A DNA stretch of 32,000 bases from an archaeon. GTDB lineage: Archaea > Iainarchaeota > Iainarchaeia > Iainarchaeales > CSSED10-239. The stretch lies in assembly GCA_041657425.1 (NCBI GenBank), contig JBBABY010000001.1, positions 60,001-92,000 of the forward strand. Reading direction: 5' to 3'. The notes beneath the pieces are model-generated. The model had not been told where the DNA came from, made no database searches, and worked only from the letters and a program-made list of their open reading frames with translations. How positions within the stretch are numbered: position 1 is the first letter of the stretch; each line of letters starts with the position of its first letter. Made by a program: the position numbers and the translations under genes. Below are positions 9,225 to 17,682 of the stretch, in pieces.

Positions 9225-9295
9225 ATGTGATTTATTTAAAATAGTTTAAGTTTATATAATATATATTAGTAAAGAAATAAATACGTGAACTTTTT

Positions 9296-10360
9296 ATGAA
9301 ATTAGACAAAAAAACAATATTCTCAATATTTATCGTACTATTATTTGTTGGATCAATGTTTGCAATGGTTGCTTATGGCGGCAGAAATAACACAAGCAAT
9401 GTGCCAACAGACACAATTCCAACAGACACTAATCAAGAACCAGTTAATTATCAGGCACAATTTGATGCAAACGTTACAGAAATATTTCCTCAACTTATAA
9501 TTGCAGGAAAGCCAATTGAATATGAAACTACTGTTATTGAATCAAAGCTACTTGATTTACAAGGAATTAAAAAAAAAACAATTGAATACAGACAAGCAAC
9601 TGATGGAAACATTAGTTTAATTATTACAATTAATATTTCTGCAGATAAAAAAGAAGAAATAATTTCAGGAATCAAAGACTTTAATATTATCCAAGAACCT
9701 ATAGAAATGTATCAATATGCAATGCTTGCAGTCCCTGAAGACATTAACTTTACAAACGATCAAAACCAAGAAATTAATTATACTTTTGGTGCAGTTCCTA
9801 TGGAAGGAATAATTAATATTAATACCGTTAAGGGAGACGAAATCACTACTGTTTGCTATGCTAGTTTTGTTGGTCAAGAACTTGTTAGTGCTAAAGGAAT
9901 TGAAATGTATAACTTAAGTTCTCAACCACAAATGGTTATTAGTAATGGCAAATTTAATATTCTTTCTTGGAAACCTTTAATCTATCTTTCAACAGACATT
10001 AACTCCGATAACAACATTGTAATCGCAACACTTGAAAATAAACTTTCAGACTATAATGTAGAGATGGACAAAGGTGGAGAAAAATTAACAATTGTGTTTA
10101 GTGAAGAAACAATCAATACACAAACAATAAATAAAATATTTACAGACAACTCATTTGATACAAACTTAAATACTTACAAGAAGTTAGCAATTATTGACAC
10201 AAGCGATCTTACAATTGAAGGACAAGCATACACTTATGCAAATCCAACCACAGAAACATTACTTGATTATCCTGAGGATTTAAACAAAACAAGCATAGAA
10301 CTAAACATACAAGCATACAAACAAAAAGAAAATATACTTTTCTTAAGTTTACAAAAATAA
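9296..10360 (+). CDS. hypothetical secreted or membrane-anchored protein
   Basis: 354 aa. It has an N-terminal hydrophobic anchor (IFSIFIVLLFVGSMFAMVAYGG) and an Asn/Thr-rich extracellular-looking body. No recognisable motif. Confidence 0.5.
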   Translation: MKLDKKTIFSIFIVLLFVGSMFAMVAYGGRNNTSNVPTDTIPTDTNQEPVNYQAQFDANVTEIFPQLIIAGKPIEYETTVIESKLLDLQGIKKKTIEYRQATDGNISLIITINISADKKEEIISGIKDFNIIQEPIEMYQYAMLAVPEDINFTNDQNQEINYTFGAVPMEGIININTVKGDEITTVCYASFVGQELVSAKGIEMYNLSSQPQMVISNGKFNILSWKPLIYLSTDINSDNNIVIATLENKLSDYNVEMDKGGEKLTIVFSEETINTQTINKIFTDNSFDTNLNTYKKLAIIDTSDLTIEGQAYTYANPTTETLLDYPEDLNKTSIELNIQAYKQKENILFLSLQK

Positions 10361-10361
10361 G

Positions 10362-10685
10362 TTATTGTAAAAGTTCAATAGCTTTTGCAATGTCTCCTGA
10401 GGTTTTCTCAAGAGCGGATTTTGCTTCTTTTTCTGTCTTTCCTGTTGCTTCTTTTACCATATCGATGTCTTCTTTTGGTATTCCTGCTTCTTCTCTAACT
10501 TCTCCGACAATCTGGTAAGTCTTTTGACCTTGCATGGAAACTTCAGTAACTGATGGATTATCAATAATTAATCGTTTAGAATCAGTTTCTATAATTACAC
10601 GTTTTGCAGATATCTCTTTATTCTCAATACCCATTTGCTTCATCATACTTTGCATCTTTCTAGGATCTATTCCACCAAAATTCAT
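10362..10685 (-). CDS. nac: nascent polypeptide-associated complex protein (archaeal NAC, NAC + UBA domains)
   Basis: 107 aa. The MNFGGIDPRKMQSMMKQMGI N-terminus, NAC beta-barrel core and C-terminal UBA-like helix bundle (EKEAKSALEKTSGDIAKAIELL) are all present. Confidence 0.9.
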   Translation of the reverse strand: MNFGGIDPRKMQSMMKQMGIENKEISAKRVIIETDSKRLIIDNPSVTEVSMQGQKTYQIVGEVREEAGIPKEDIDMVKEATGKTEKEAKSALEKTSGDIAKAIELLQ

Positions 10686-10819
10686 AAATTATCACTCTCT
10701 TTATTATTATAATATAAGAAATGATTAAAAATACCTATTGTCTAATATTTAAAAACATTTAGTTTAATCCTTCTATATTAAATTAGTACAATTAAACAAA
10801 ACTTTGACGAGTAACAAAT

Positions 10820-11449
10820 ATGCCCTTATCTAAAACTGTAAATAATTACGATGCTTTTATCGTGGAAGCAAAGTTAGAAAAAAATGACGATAAGCAATAT
10901 TTAGATACTTTTTTTAAACGAAAATTTATTATCTTTGAACAAGGAAAAATCATTCACCCAAAAGTCCATGATCTTCAAGAAAAGATTGCAGAGATGATGA
11001 TAACAAGAGATAAACTTAAAGGACTTAAGAAATTCTGGGAAAAAGAAAAAGACAAGGCTGAAAACTATTACAAGAATATCAAAGTAACTAAGTTCTTTAA
11101 AACCAAATTCTGGAGACACAAGCTTAAACAAACAATTAATCAAGACTATAGAGAAGACGTACAGAACAGCAAGCTGACAGACGAAGTACTAATGGACCCT
11201 GCATACAACAATCTTCTAGATACTTTCTTAGTAGATTACGACTATAGAAAAAAGTTGTGCGACACAGTTAACAAATCAATAATCTACAAAGACAGTATTA
11301 TTGGAGACCACAACAAGAAGAGACAACAATTCAAGAAAGAAAACGCACAAGTTAAGATTGACCAAACAACAGACAGACTAATTTTAACAAACAAAGATAT
11401 ACTTGCTTACCAGGCAGTAATCAAGTATATTAAAATCTTAAATAAGTAA
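10820..11449 (+). CDS. hypothetical protein
   Basis: 209-aa ORF, Lys/Asp-rich, with its own AT-rich upstream region. No recognisable motif. Confidence 0.4.
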   Translation: MPLSKTVNNYDAFIVEAKLEKNDDKQYLDTFFKRKFIIFEQGKIIHPKVHDLQEKIAEMMITRDKLKGLKKFWEKEKDKAENYYKNIKVTKFFKTKFWRHKLKQTINQDYREDVQNSKLTDEVLMDPAYNNLLDTFLVDYDYRKKLCDTVNKSIIYKDSIIGDHNKKRQQFKKENAQVKIDQTTDRLILTNKDILAYQAVIKYIKILNK

Positions 11450-11513
11450 AAAAGAACTATTTTTAATTATTAAGCCACTAATATTATATATTATATTTAA
11501 AGAGAACATACTT

Positions 11514-13886
11514 ATGACACTAGACAAATGGAATAAAGACCTTGAAAAAGAAATAATCAAAGAAGAAATTGATAGAGAAGTTTTTAGTTTCTTAGAGACT
11601 GAAGAAAAACCAGTCTATAGTATAGACACACCTCCGCCATATATTAACAGCCCTGTACATATGGGACATGCTTCCACTTATGCAATCATGGACTTTATTG
11701 CTAGATACAAGAGACTTAAAGGATTTAATGTTCTTTTCCCGCTTGGCCTTGACAGAAACGGACTACCAATTGAAATGGCCGCAGAAAAGAAATTTAAGAT
11801 GTCAATAACAAACACTGATAGAAATACTTACATTGATTTCTGTAAAAAAATACTAGAAGAAACAAGCAGTGAAACAGACAAGACATTTAGACAACTTGGA
11901 ATATCATTTAATGATTGGAACGAAACCGGAAAACTTGGCGGAGTCTATAAAACTGATTCAGAAAAATACAGAACATTAACTCAAACCACTTTTATTGAAC
12001 TTTACAAAAAAGGACTTATCTACCTTGATGAAAAAGTAACAAACTATTGCCCTGGTTGTAAAACGACCTTGGCGGACTCAGAAATCGATTATAAGATTAT
12101 TGATTCTAAATTTTACACAATCCTCTTCACTGTTAAAGAAACAGGAGAAAAAATACCAATTGCAACAACTAGACCAGAGCTTGTTTGTTCTCTTGGAATG
12201 GTTATCTTTAATCCAGAAGACGAAAGGTGGCTTAAACTTGAAGGAAAGACTGCTGTTTCTCCACTCTTTAACAGAGAAGTGCCAATTAAAGGGCACCCGA
12301 TGGCTAAAGTTGATAAGGGGACTGGTCTTGTTATGATGTGTTCCGCAGGAGACTACTCAGATATTAGATTTTTCATGGAACAAGGGATTAAACCAATAAT
12401 TTCCATTGATGTTACTGGACTTATGAACGACAATGCTGGTTTCTTAAAAGGCTTGAAAGTTAAAGACGCAAGAAAGAAAATGGTTGAGGACTTACAAGCA
12501 AACAATCTTGTAACTGAAGAGAAAACAATACAACACAAAGTTCCAATATGTGAAAGATCAAAAGACGAGATTGAGTTCATTAATCTTAAAGAATATTATT
12601 TTAAGCAAATTGAATATCTTTCCCAAATGAAAGAAATTGCAGAAAAAATAAACTTTACAAATCCTGCAACTAAAAAAATCTTATTAGATTGGATAGAAGT
12701 AGTTTCAATTGATTGGCCAATTTCTAGAAGAAGATACTATGCTACTGAAATACCAATTTGGTATTGTAAGAAATGCGGAGAAGCAATTCTTGGGGTCTCT
12801 GGGAAATACCAAAAGCCATGGTGTGAAAAGGCTCCTGTTGATAAATGTCCTAAATGTGGATCAACTGACATAGAAGGAGAAACAAGAGTATTTGATACTT
12901 GGTTTGATTCAAGTAATTCTCCATTGTTTGTTCTTGGCTATGATAGTGACTTTTATAAGAAACATCCAATCTGTACCCTTAGACCACAAGGAAAAGAAAT
13001 TGTAAGAACTTGGTTGTATTATACACTTTTGAAATGTTATTTATTTACAGACAAAGTAATTTTTGACGATGTTTATATCCACCAGCACATCTTAGACGAC
13101 AAAGGAAATAAAATGTCTAAGTCCCTTGGTAACGTTATTGACCCTCAAGAAATACTAAGAGACTACGGGGCTGAAGCTTTGAGACTCTGGGTAGCAGACG
13201 AAGGAAACTTAAATGAAAAAGATCTTAAGTGCTCAAAGGACAGAATTGCTTCTGAACAAAAAACAATTAACAAACTTTGGAATGCATCTAAGTTCATCTC
13301 CCAATTCCAAAGACAAGACGGAGTAGAAAGCAAACTTACTGAACTTGATAAACTAATTAGAAAAGAAATGAACGAAATTGTAAAGGACTGCGATAACAAA
13401 TATCAAAGCTATGACTTCCATAATCCAGTTGTTAAATTAAAATACTTTTTGTGGACAACATTTTCGTCACATTACTTAGAGCTTGTAAAATGCAGAGCAT
13501 ATAATCAAGAAGGAGTATTTAGTAAAGAAGAACAAAATGCTGCAATTGATACTCTTAATTACTGTTTAGAAAGACTATTAATATTATTGTCTCCAGTTGC
13601 ACCATTTACTACAAAGAAAATATTAATGGAATTCTATAATCTTGATCCTAATGCAACAACTTATCCAAAGCTCGAAAATTACGAAAGTACAATTACTATT
13701 GAAGACATTGATATTCTAAATAACACAATTTGGAAATTCAAAAAAGATAATAACAAGTCATTAAAGGACGAAATTACAAAAATCAAACTAAATGAGAAAT
13801 ACAAAGCAATTGAGAAAGATATCATTAAAACCCATAATGTTTTAAATATTGAGTATCTAAATATTGATGGAATAGAAGTGATTTAA
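11514..13886 (+). CDS. valS: valine--tRNA ligase (class I aaRS)
   Basis: 790 aa. HIGH-type motif PVHMGHA, KMSKS present, editing-domain signature TTRPELV..NPEDERW, and WPISRRRYY..IPIWYC with Cys knuckles. The pattern fits ValRS better than Leu/Ile/MetRS. Confidence 0.75.
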   Translation: MTLDKWNKDLEKEIIKEEIDREVFSFLETEEKPVYSIDTPPPYINSPVHMGHASTYAIMDFIARYKRLKGFNVLFPLGLDRNGLPIEMAAEKKFKMSITNTDRNTYIDFCKKILEETSSETDKTFRQLGISFNDWNETGKLGGVYKTDSEKYRTLTQTTFIELYKKGLIYLDEKVTNYCPGCKTTLADSEIDYKIIDSKFYTILFTVKETGEKIPIATTRPELVCSLGMVIFNPEDERWLKLEGKTAVSPLFNREVPIKGHPMAKVDKGTGLVMMCSAGDYSDIRFFMEQGIKPIISIDVTGLMNDNAGFLKGLKVKDARKKMVEDLQANNLVTEEKTIQHKVPICERSKDEIEFINLKEYYFKQIEYLSQMKEIAEKINFTNPATKKILLDWIEVVSIDWPISRRRYYATEIPIWYCKKCGEAILGVSGKYQKPWCEKAPVDKCPKCGSTDIEGETRVFDTWFDSSNSPLFVLGYDSDFYKKHPICTLRPQGKEIVRTWLYYTLLKCYLFTDKVIFDDVYIHQHILDDKGNKMSKSLGNVIDPQEILRDYGAEALRLWVADEGNLNEKDLKCSKDRIASEQKTINKLWNASKFISQFQRQDGVESKLTELDKLIRKEMNEIVKDCDNKYQSYDFHNPVVKLKYFLWTTFSSHYLELVKCRAYNQEGVFSKEEQNAAIDTLNYCLERLLILLSPVAPFTTKKILMEFYNLDPNATTYPKLENYESTITIEDIDILNNTIWKFKKDNNKSLKDEITKIKLNEKYKAIEKDIIKTHNVLNIEYLNIDGIEVI

Positions 13887-13887
13887 T

Positions 13888-14391
13888 ATGCAACTCGCAC
13901 ATAAAAGAAAACCAAGAACAATCTTAGGAAATGTTGTATTTCTAATGGTTGTTGCAATAATAGTTTTCTTTTTTATAATTTATCTCACTAATTTTCAAAT
14001 AAATAAAGTTGCTAAAGTCAATGATAAATATGGAATTGAAAGAACAGATTTAGTTCCAGAAAGTTATTCAGAATACACTACTGAACTAAAAGATCTGGGA
14101 TTTGATAAATACACCAATCCCCCTATCGAATATGTTTATCTTTATGTTAATGCCACAAAAATCGATAGAGCAGTCAGATATGCAGTTGTTGAAAATCAAT
14201 GTGTGACAAGGACTACTGTTGCTAAGATTGATTCCCAGATACAAGAAAGAGATAAAGTTTTAGCTAAATTTCAAAAAAATTATTCTAAGAAACTAGATAA
14301 ACTCTATTGGGACACTTATATTGATATCTTAGAGAATAAATACAATATTGAAGCAGTAAAAGCTACTGTTACATCTTTACCTTATTGTTGA
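13888..14391 (+). CDS. hypothetical membrane-anchored protein
   Basis: 167 aa with a single N-terminal TM (ILGNVVFLMVVAIIVFFFIIYL). It is wedged between valS (1-nt spacer) and bud32. Confidence 0.45.
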   Translation: MQLAHKRKPRTILGNVVFLMVVAIIVFFFIIYLTNFQINKVAKVNDKYGIERTDLVPESYSEYTTELKDLGFDKYTNPPIEYVYLYVNATKIDRAVRYAVVENQCVTRTTVAKIDSQIQERDKVLAKFQKNYSKKLDKLYWDTYIDILENKYNIEAVKATVTSLPYC

Positions 14392-14396
14392 TAACA

Positions 14397-14972
14397 ATGA
14401 ACAAAGAAATAAACAAAGGAGCGGAAGCTAAAATCTTAGAGAGCTTTGCCTTTGGTAAAAAACTAATTATTAAGCAGAGAGTTTCAAAGGATTACAGAGA
14501 TCCTGTACTTGATAAAAGAATCATCAAGACAAGAAACAAGCAAGAAGCAACACTCTTGAAGAAAGCAAAGGTTAATGGAATTAATACTCCGGACGTTTTC
14601 TATGTGGGACTTGATAAAATCATTATGGAAAAACTAGAAAACACAAACAACCACAAGAAACAACTAGAAGCAATTGGAAAAGAAATTGCAAAACTCCACG
14701 AACTTGGAATCATCCATGGAGACTTAAATCTTATTAATATCATAACAACTAAAGACAAAAAGATATACTTCATTGACTTTGGCCTTGGTTATCTTTCAAA
14801 CAAGATAGAAGACAAGGCAACTGATCTTCTAGTCTTTAAAAAAACCCTGTTTGCAAGAAAAACAACAGAGGGATTTTGGAAAGGAATAGAAGCAGGATAC
14901 CAAAAGCAATCCAAAGATAAAGCAATAATTGAACAAATCAAAGAAATAGAGAAAAGAGCAAGATACCTTTAA
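14397..14972 (+). CDS. bud32: Bud32/PRPK-type Kae1-associated kinase (KEOPS subunit, RIO-like fold)
   Basis: GAEA glycine-loop equivalent near the N-terminus, catalytic HGDLNLINI and IDFGLG motifs, and small size. The ORF track starts at TTG 14385; I prefer ATG 14397 (MNKEINKGAEA), which avoids overlap with the upstream stop. Confidence 0.85.
   Translation: MNKEINKGAEAKILESFAFGKKLIIKQRVSKDYRDPVLDKRIIKTRNKQEATLLKKAKVNGINTPDVFYVGLDKIIMEKLENTNNHKKQLEAIGKEIAKLHELGIIHGDLNLINIITTKDKKIYFIDFGLGYLSNKIEDKATDLLVFKKTLFARKTTEGFWKGIEAGYQKQSKDKAIIEQIKEIEKRARYL
14939..14964 (+). repeat. 26-nt exact direct repeat, copy 1 (inside the bud32 3' coding end)
   Basis: caaagaaatagagaaaagagcaagat is identical to 15848-15873. 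Here it encodes ..KEIEKRAR.. of Bud32. Confidence 0.9.
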
Positions 14973-15009
14973 ATAATTAAATTAATAAAAAATCTAGATG
15001 TGAAAAAAT

Positions 15010-15858
15010 ATGGTCGTAAAAAAATCAATCCCCGTTGTTAAACCAAAAATAAATCGTACAATTAATCCTCTCTTCCAAAAGAAAGCACAAGGCACAGAAA
15101 CTCAAAAAACAAATATACAAATAAAAGAAGAATTAAAACTTCTTGAAAAGAAACAAATAGAATTTATTTTTAAAGAATCATTGAAAACCAAAAATCCAGT
15201 AAGAGAATTATTAACTAAAGGACTTGATATTAGACAATTAAAAATAAGAGGCATAGATCTAATTAAAGAATTAGTCAAAGCTGGACACACAAAATCTTTA
15301 GCAGAAACTGGATATTTCAAAGAATTATTGAATGGACAATATATTAAAGAATTAGCAGAAGCGGGATATATCAAAGAATTAGTAAAACTGAGATATGTTG
15401 GCCCTTTAGTTGCTGCAGGATATTTAAACAAATTAGTTGAGATGGGATATATTAAAGAATTAGTAAATTTAGGATATCTAAAAGACGTTGCATACAAAGG
15501 ATATATCAAAGAATTAGCAAATGCGGGATATATTAGAGAACTAGTAGAAGCAGGACATTTTTCAAAATTAGTTGCTAATGGATATATCAAGGAACTAGCA
15601 GATAACGGAAACATAAAAGAATTAGTAAATGCTAGATTTTACAGAAAATTAATAGAAATGGGATACACAAAAGAACTAGTACAGGCAGGATATTTTAAAA
15701 AACTTGCAAAAGACAAATATTTCAAACAATTAGTAGATGCAGGATATATCAAAGAATTAGTAGAAGCAGGATATGTTAAAGAACTACTTAAACTTGGACT
15801 TTCTCAAGCTCAAATAACCCTTTCTATGAGAAGAAAAAGTCCATCGACAAAGAAATAG
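15010..15858 (+). CDS. nonapeptide-repeat protein with FQKKAxGTETQKT N-terminal module
   Basis: 282 aa. Residues 91-261 are 19 in-register 9-residue units of consensus aGYIKELVe. The N-terminal ~90 aa is paralogous to the 19440-20168 ORF. Confidence 0.7.
   Translation: MVVKKSIPVVKPKINRTINPLFQKKAQGTETQKTNIQIKEELKLLEKKQIEFIFKESLKTKNPVRELLTKGLDIRQLKIRGIDLIKELVKAGHTKSLAETGYFKELLNGQYIKELAEAGYIKELVKLRYVGPLVAAGYLNKLVEMGYIKELVNLGYLKDVAYKGYIKELANAGYIRELVEAGHFSKLVANGYIKELADNGNIKELVNARFYRKLIEMGYTKELVQAGYFKKLAKDKYFKQLVDAGYIKELVEAGYVKELLKLGLSQAQITLSMRRKSPSTKK
15280..15792 (+). repeat. 27-nt periodic coding repeat (19 units)
   Basis: Units such as gcgggatatatcaaagaattagtaaaa, atgggatatattaaagaattagtaaat and gcaggatatatcaaagaattagtagaa recur in frame. 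This periodicity also creates the long antisense shadow ORF at 15102-15614. Confidence 0.85.
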
Positions 15859-15873
15859 AGAAAAGAGCAAGAT
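15848..15873 (+). repeat. 26-nt exact direct repeat, copy 2 (spans the stop codon of the repeat-protein gene)
   Basis: Identical to 14939-14964 but read in a different frame (..TKK-stop). Confidence 0.9.
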
Positions 15874-16014
15874 TGCAAAATAATAATATATATAAACAAA
15901 TCGCCCCAATTATATATATATTATAGACCTAGTTTTATGGCTATATTTCTTATTAAACGCGCCTAATCAATCGCCACAGGCAAAATTAATGGAAAAACAA
16001 ATTACGTGATATAA

Positions 16015-16416
16015 ATGAGCGAAAATGAAAAAAAAGAATTAACTAAAAAAGAGATTTATGATGTAATAGAAGATCTTACAAAGAAAGGTAAGACTACTGC
16101 AGAAATAGGATTACATTTAAAACAAAAATTTGGTGTAAAAAACGTTTTAGAAACAACAGGTAAGAAAATCGGGAAAGTACAAGCAGAACTTGGACTTAAG
16201 AAGGATAAACTACCTGACGAATTACTATACTTAATTAAGAAAAGTGTTAAATTAATTAAACATAAAGAAGAAAACAAAAAAGACATGACTGCTAAAAGAG
16301 GATATCAAAAAACAGTCTCTAAAATTAAAAGATTAAGAAAGCACTACATTAATAAAAAGAAAATAGACAGCAATTGGAGATACTCTGATGATTCAGCTAA
16401 GTTGCTTGTAAAGTAA
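16015..16416 (+). CDS. rps15: 30S ribosomal protein S15 (uS15, archaeal S15P/S13e type)
   Basis: 133 aa. N-terminal S13e-type extension, then LPDELLYLIKKSVKLIKH...NKKDMTAKRGYQKTVSKIKRLRKHY...NWRY...AKLLV. Confidence 0.9.
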   Translation: MSENEKKELTKKEIYDVIEDLTKKGKTTAEIGLHLKQKFGVKNVLETTGKKIGKVQAELGLKKDKLPDELLYLIKKSVKLIKHKEENKKDMTAKRGYQKTVSKIKRLRKHYINKKKIDSNWRYSDDSAKLLVK

Positions 16417-16431
16417 AATGGTGTTTAAAAT

Positions 16432-17001
16432 ATGGTTGATAAAAAAAGTACAGTTGACACATGGAAGAAGAAAAAATGGTATGATATCAATGCTGATTCT
16501 ACATTTGACGAAAGAAAAATTGGAGAAACAGTTGCAGTATTACCTAAATCCTTAATGGGCAGAAATCTTAAAAAAGGATTAAATGAATTAACCGGTAACA
16601 TTAGAGACTCTTCTTTTGAAATTACATTTAAAGTAAATAAAATTACTGGTTCAAAAGCAGATACTCAAATTACTTTATTTGAAGCAAAAGCTGGTTTCTT
16701 AAGAAGAATGATTAGAAGACAAAAGTCAAAGATTGAACCAGTTTTCTATGTTACGACTAAAGACGGCACAAAACTAAAAATAAAAGTAATGGCTATAACT
16801 GGTGCAAAATTTACTACGCCACTTAGAACTCAAGCAAGAAAAGCAGTTGTTGATTTCTTTACTGAAGAAATAATTGCAAAAACTACAAAAGAAGCATGGA
16901 ATGATATTATCTTCCAACATGTTGCTGAAAAATGTAAAATTAAACTAATAAAACTTGGATACATAAACAAAGTTATGGTTATTAAAGTAATGCTAGTTTA
17001 A
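16432..17001 (+). CDS. rps3ae: 30S ribosomal protein S3Ae (eS1)
   Basis: 189 aa. The KKKKWYDINA start motif and length are typical of S3Ae. It lies immediately downstream of rps15. Confidence 0.85.
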   Translation: MVDKKSTVDTWKKKKWYDINADSTFDERKIGETVAVLPKSLMGRNLKKGLNELTGNIRDSSFEITFKVNKITGSKADTQITLFEAKAGFLRRMIRRQKSKIEPVFYVTTKDGTKLKIKVMAITGAKFTTPLRTQARKAVVDFFTEEIIAKTTKEAWNDIIFQHVAEKCKIKLIKLGYINKVMVIKVMLV

Positions 17002-17028
17002 ATTAAAAATAAATTTTTTGGATAAAAC

Positions 17029-17682
17029 ATGAAATTTATTTTCTATTTTATTTTTTTTTATGTTCTTGGAATCATCTTAGCAGTTACTAGAAAATACGAC
17101 ATATTTACAATTTCTTTAATATTTGGAATGTCTGGTCTTTTCTTATATTTTGGAAAAATTATTTTATTTATTTATCTTCTTATTTACTTTTGCGTTGCTG
17201 AAGGACTATCTTTAATCTTAAAGAATAAAGGAGAAAATAGAAGTTACATTAATCTTCTGGGAAACTGCCTTGTTGGGACTGTTCTTGTAGTTTTTGGGCA
17301 AGTCTATGCGGCGGCATCCACCATCTGCGGAGCATTCTCAGACACTATGTCTTCAGAGATTGGAAGATTATCTAAAGTTAAACCAAAGTTAATTACCACT
17401 TTTAAAGAAGTAGAAAAAGGAACTAATGGAGGAATAACAATCTTAGGCCTTTTTGGAGCACTATGTGTTTCAGTAATCACATTTGTTTTCTTTTATTATA
17501 TTTTTAAAACTGATCTTAAGATATCTATAATCATCTCACTCTTTGGAATAATTGGAACTCTTGTAGATAGTGTTATTGGAGCAACACTTGAAAATAAAGG
17601 ATACACGGACAATAGTCAAACTAATTTTTTAACAACAACAATAATTGGAATAATCTCAGTAATTGTTTTTTCTTTAATTTAA
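17029..17682 (+). CDS. DUF92/TMEM19-family integral membrane protein (CTP-transferase/polyprenol-kinase-like clan)
   Basis: 217 aa, multi-pass. The motifs GAFSDTMSSEIG, GTNGGITILG and GTLVDSVIGATLE match the conserved DUF92 blocks as I remember them. Confidence 0.6.
   Translation: MKFIFYFIFFYVLGIILAVTRKYDIFTISLIFGMSGLFLYFGKIILFIYLLIYFCVAEGLSLILKNKGENRSYINLLGNCLVGTVLVVFGQVYAAASTICGAFSDTMSSEIGRLSKVKPKLITTFKEVEKGTNGGITILGLFGALCVSVITFVFFYYIFKTDLKISIIISLFGIIGTLVDSVIGATLENKGYTDNSQTNFLTTTIIGIISVIVFSLI

Noticed and set aside
15102-15614. 170-aa minus-strand ORF inside the repeat-protein gene
   Set aside because: It is an artefact of the 27-nt periodic sequence, which keeps the antisense frame open. 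The sense frame has a start context, the paralogous N-terminal module and a clean repeat register.
15280-15792. 27-nt periodic repeat as a possible CRISPR-like array
   Set aside because: The units are contiguous with no spacers, diverged, in frame, and translate to a regular nonapeptide protein repeat. This is not a CRISPR architecture.
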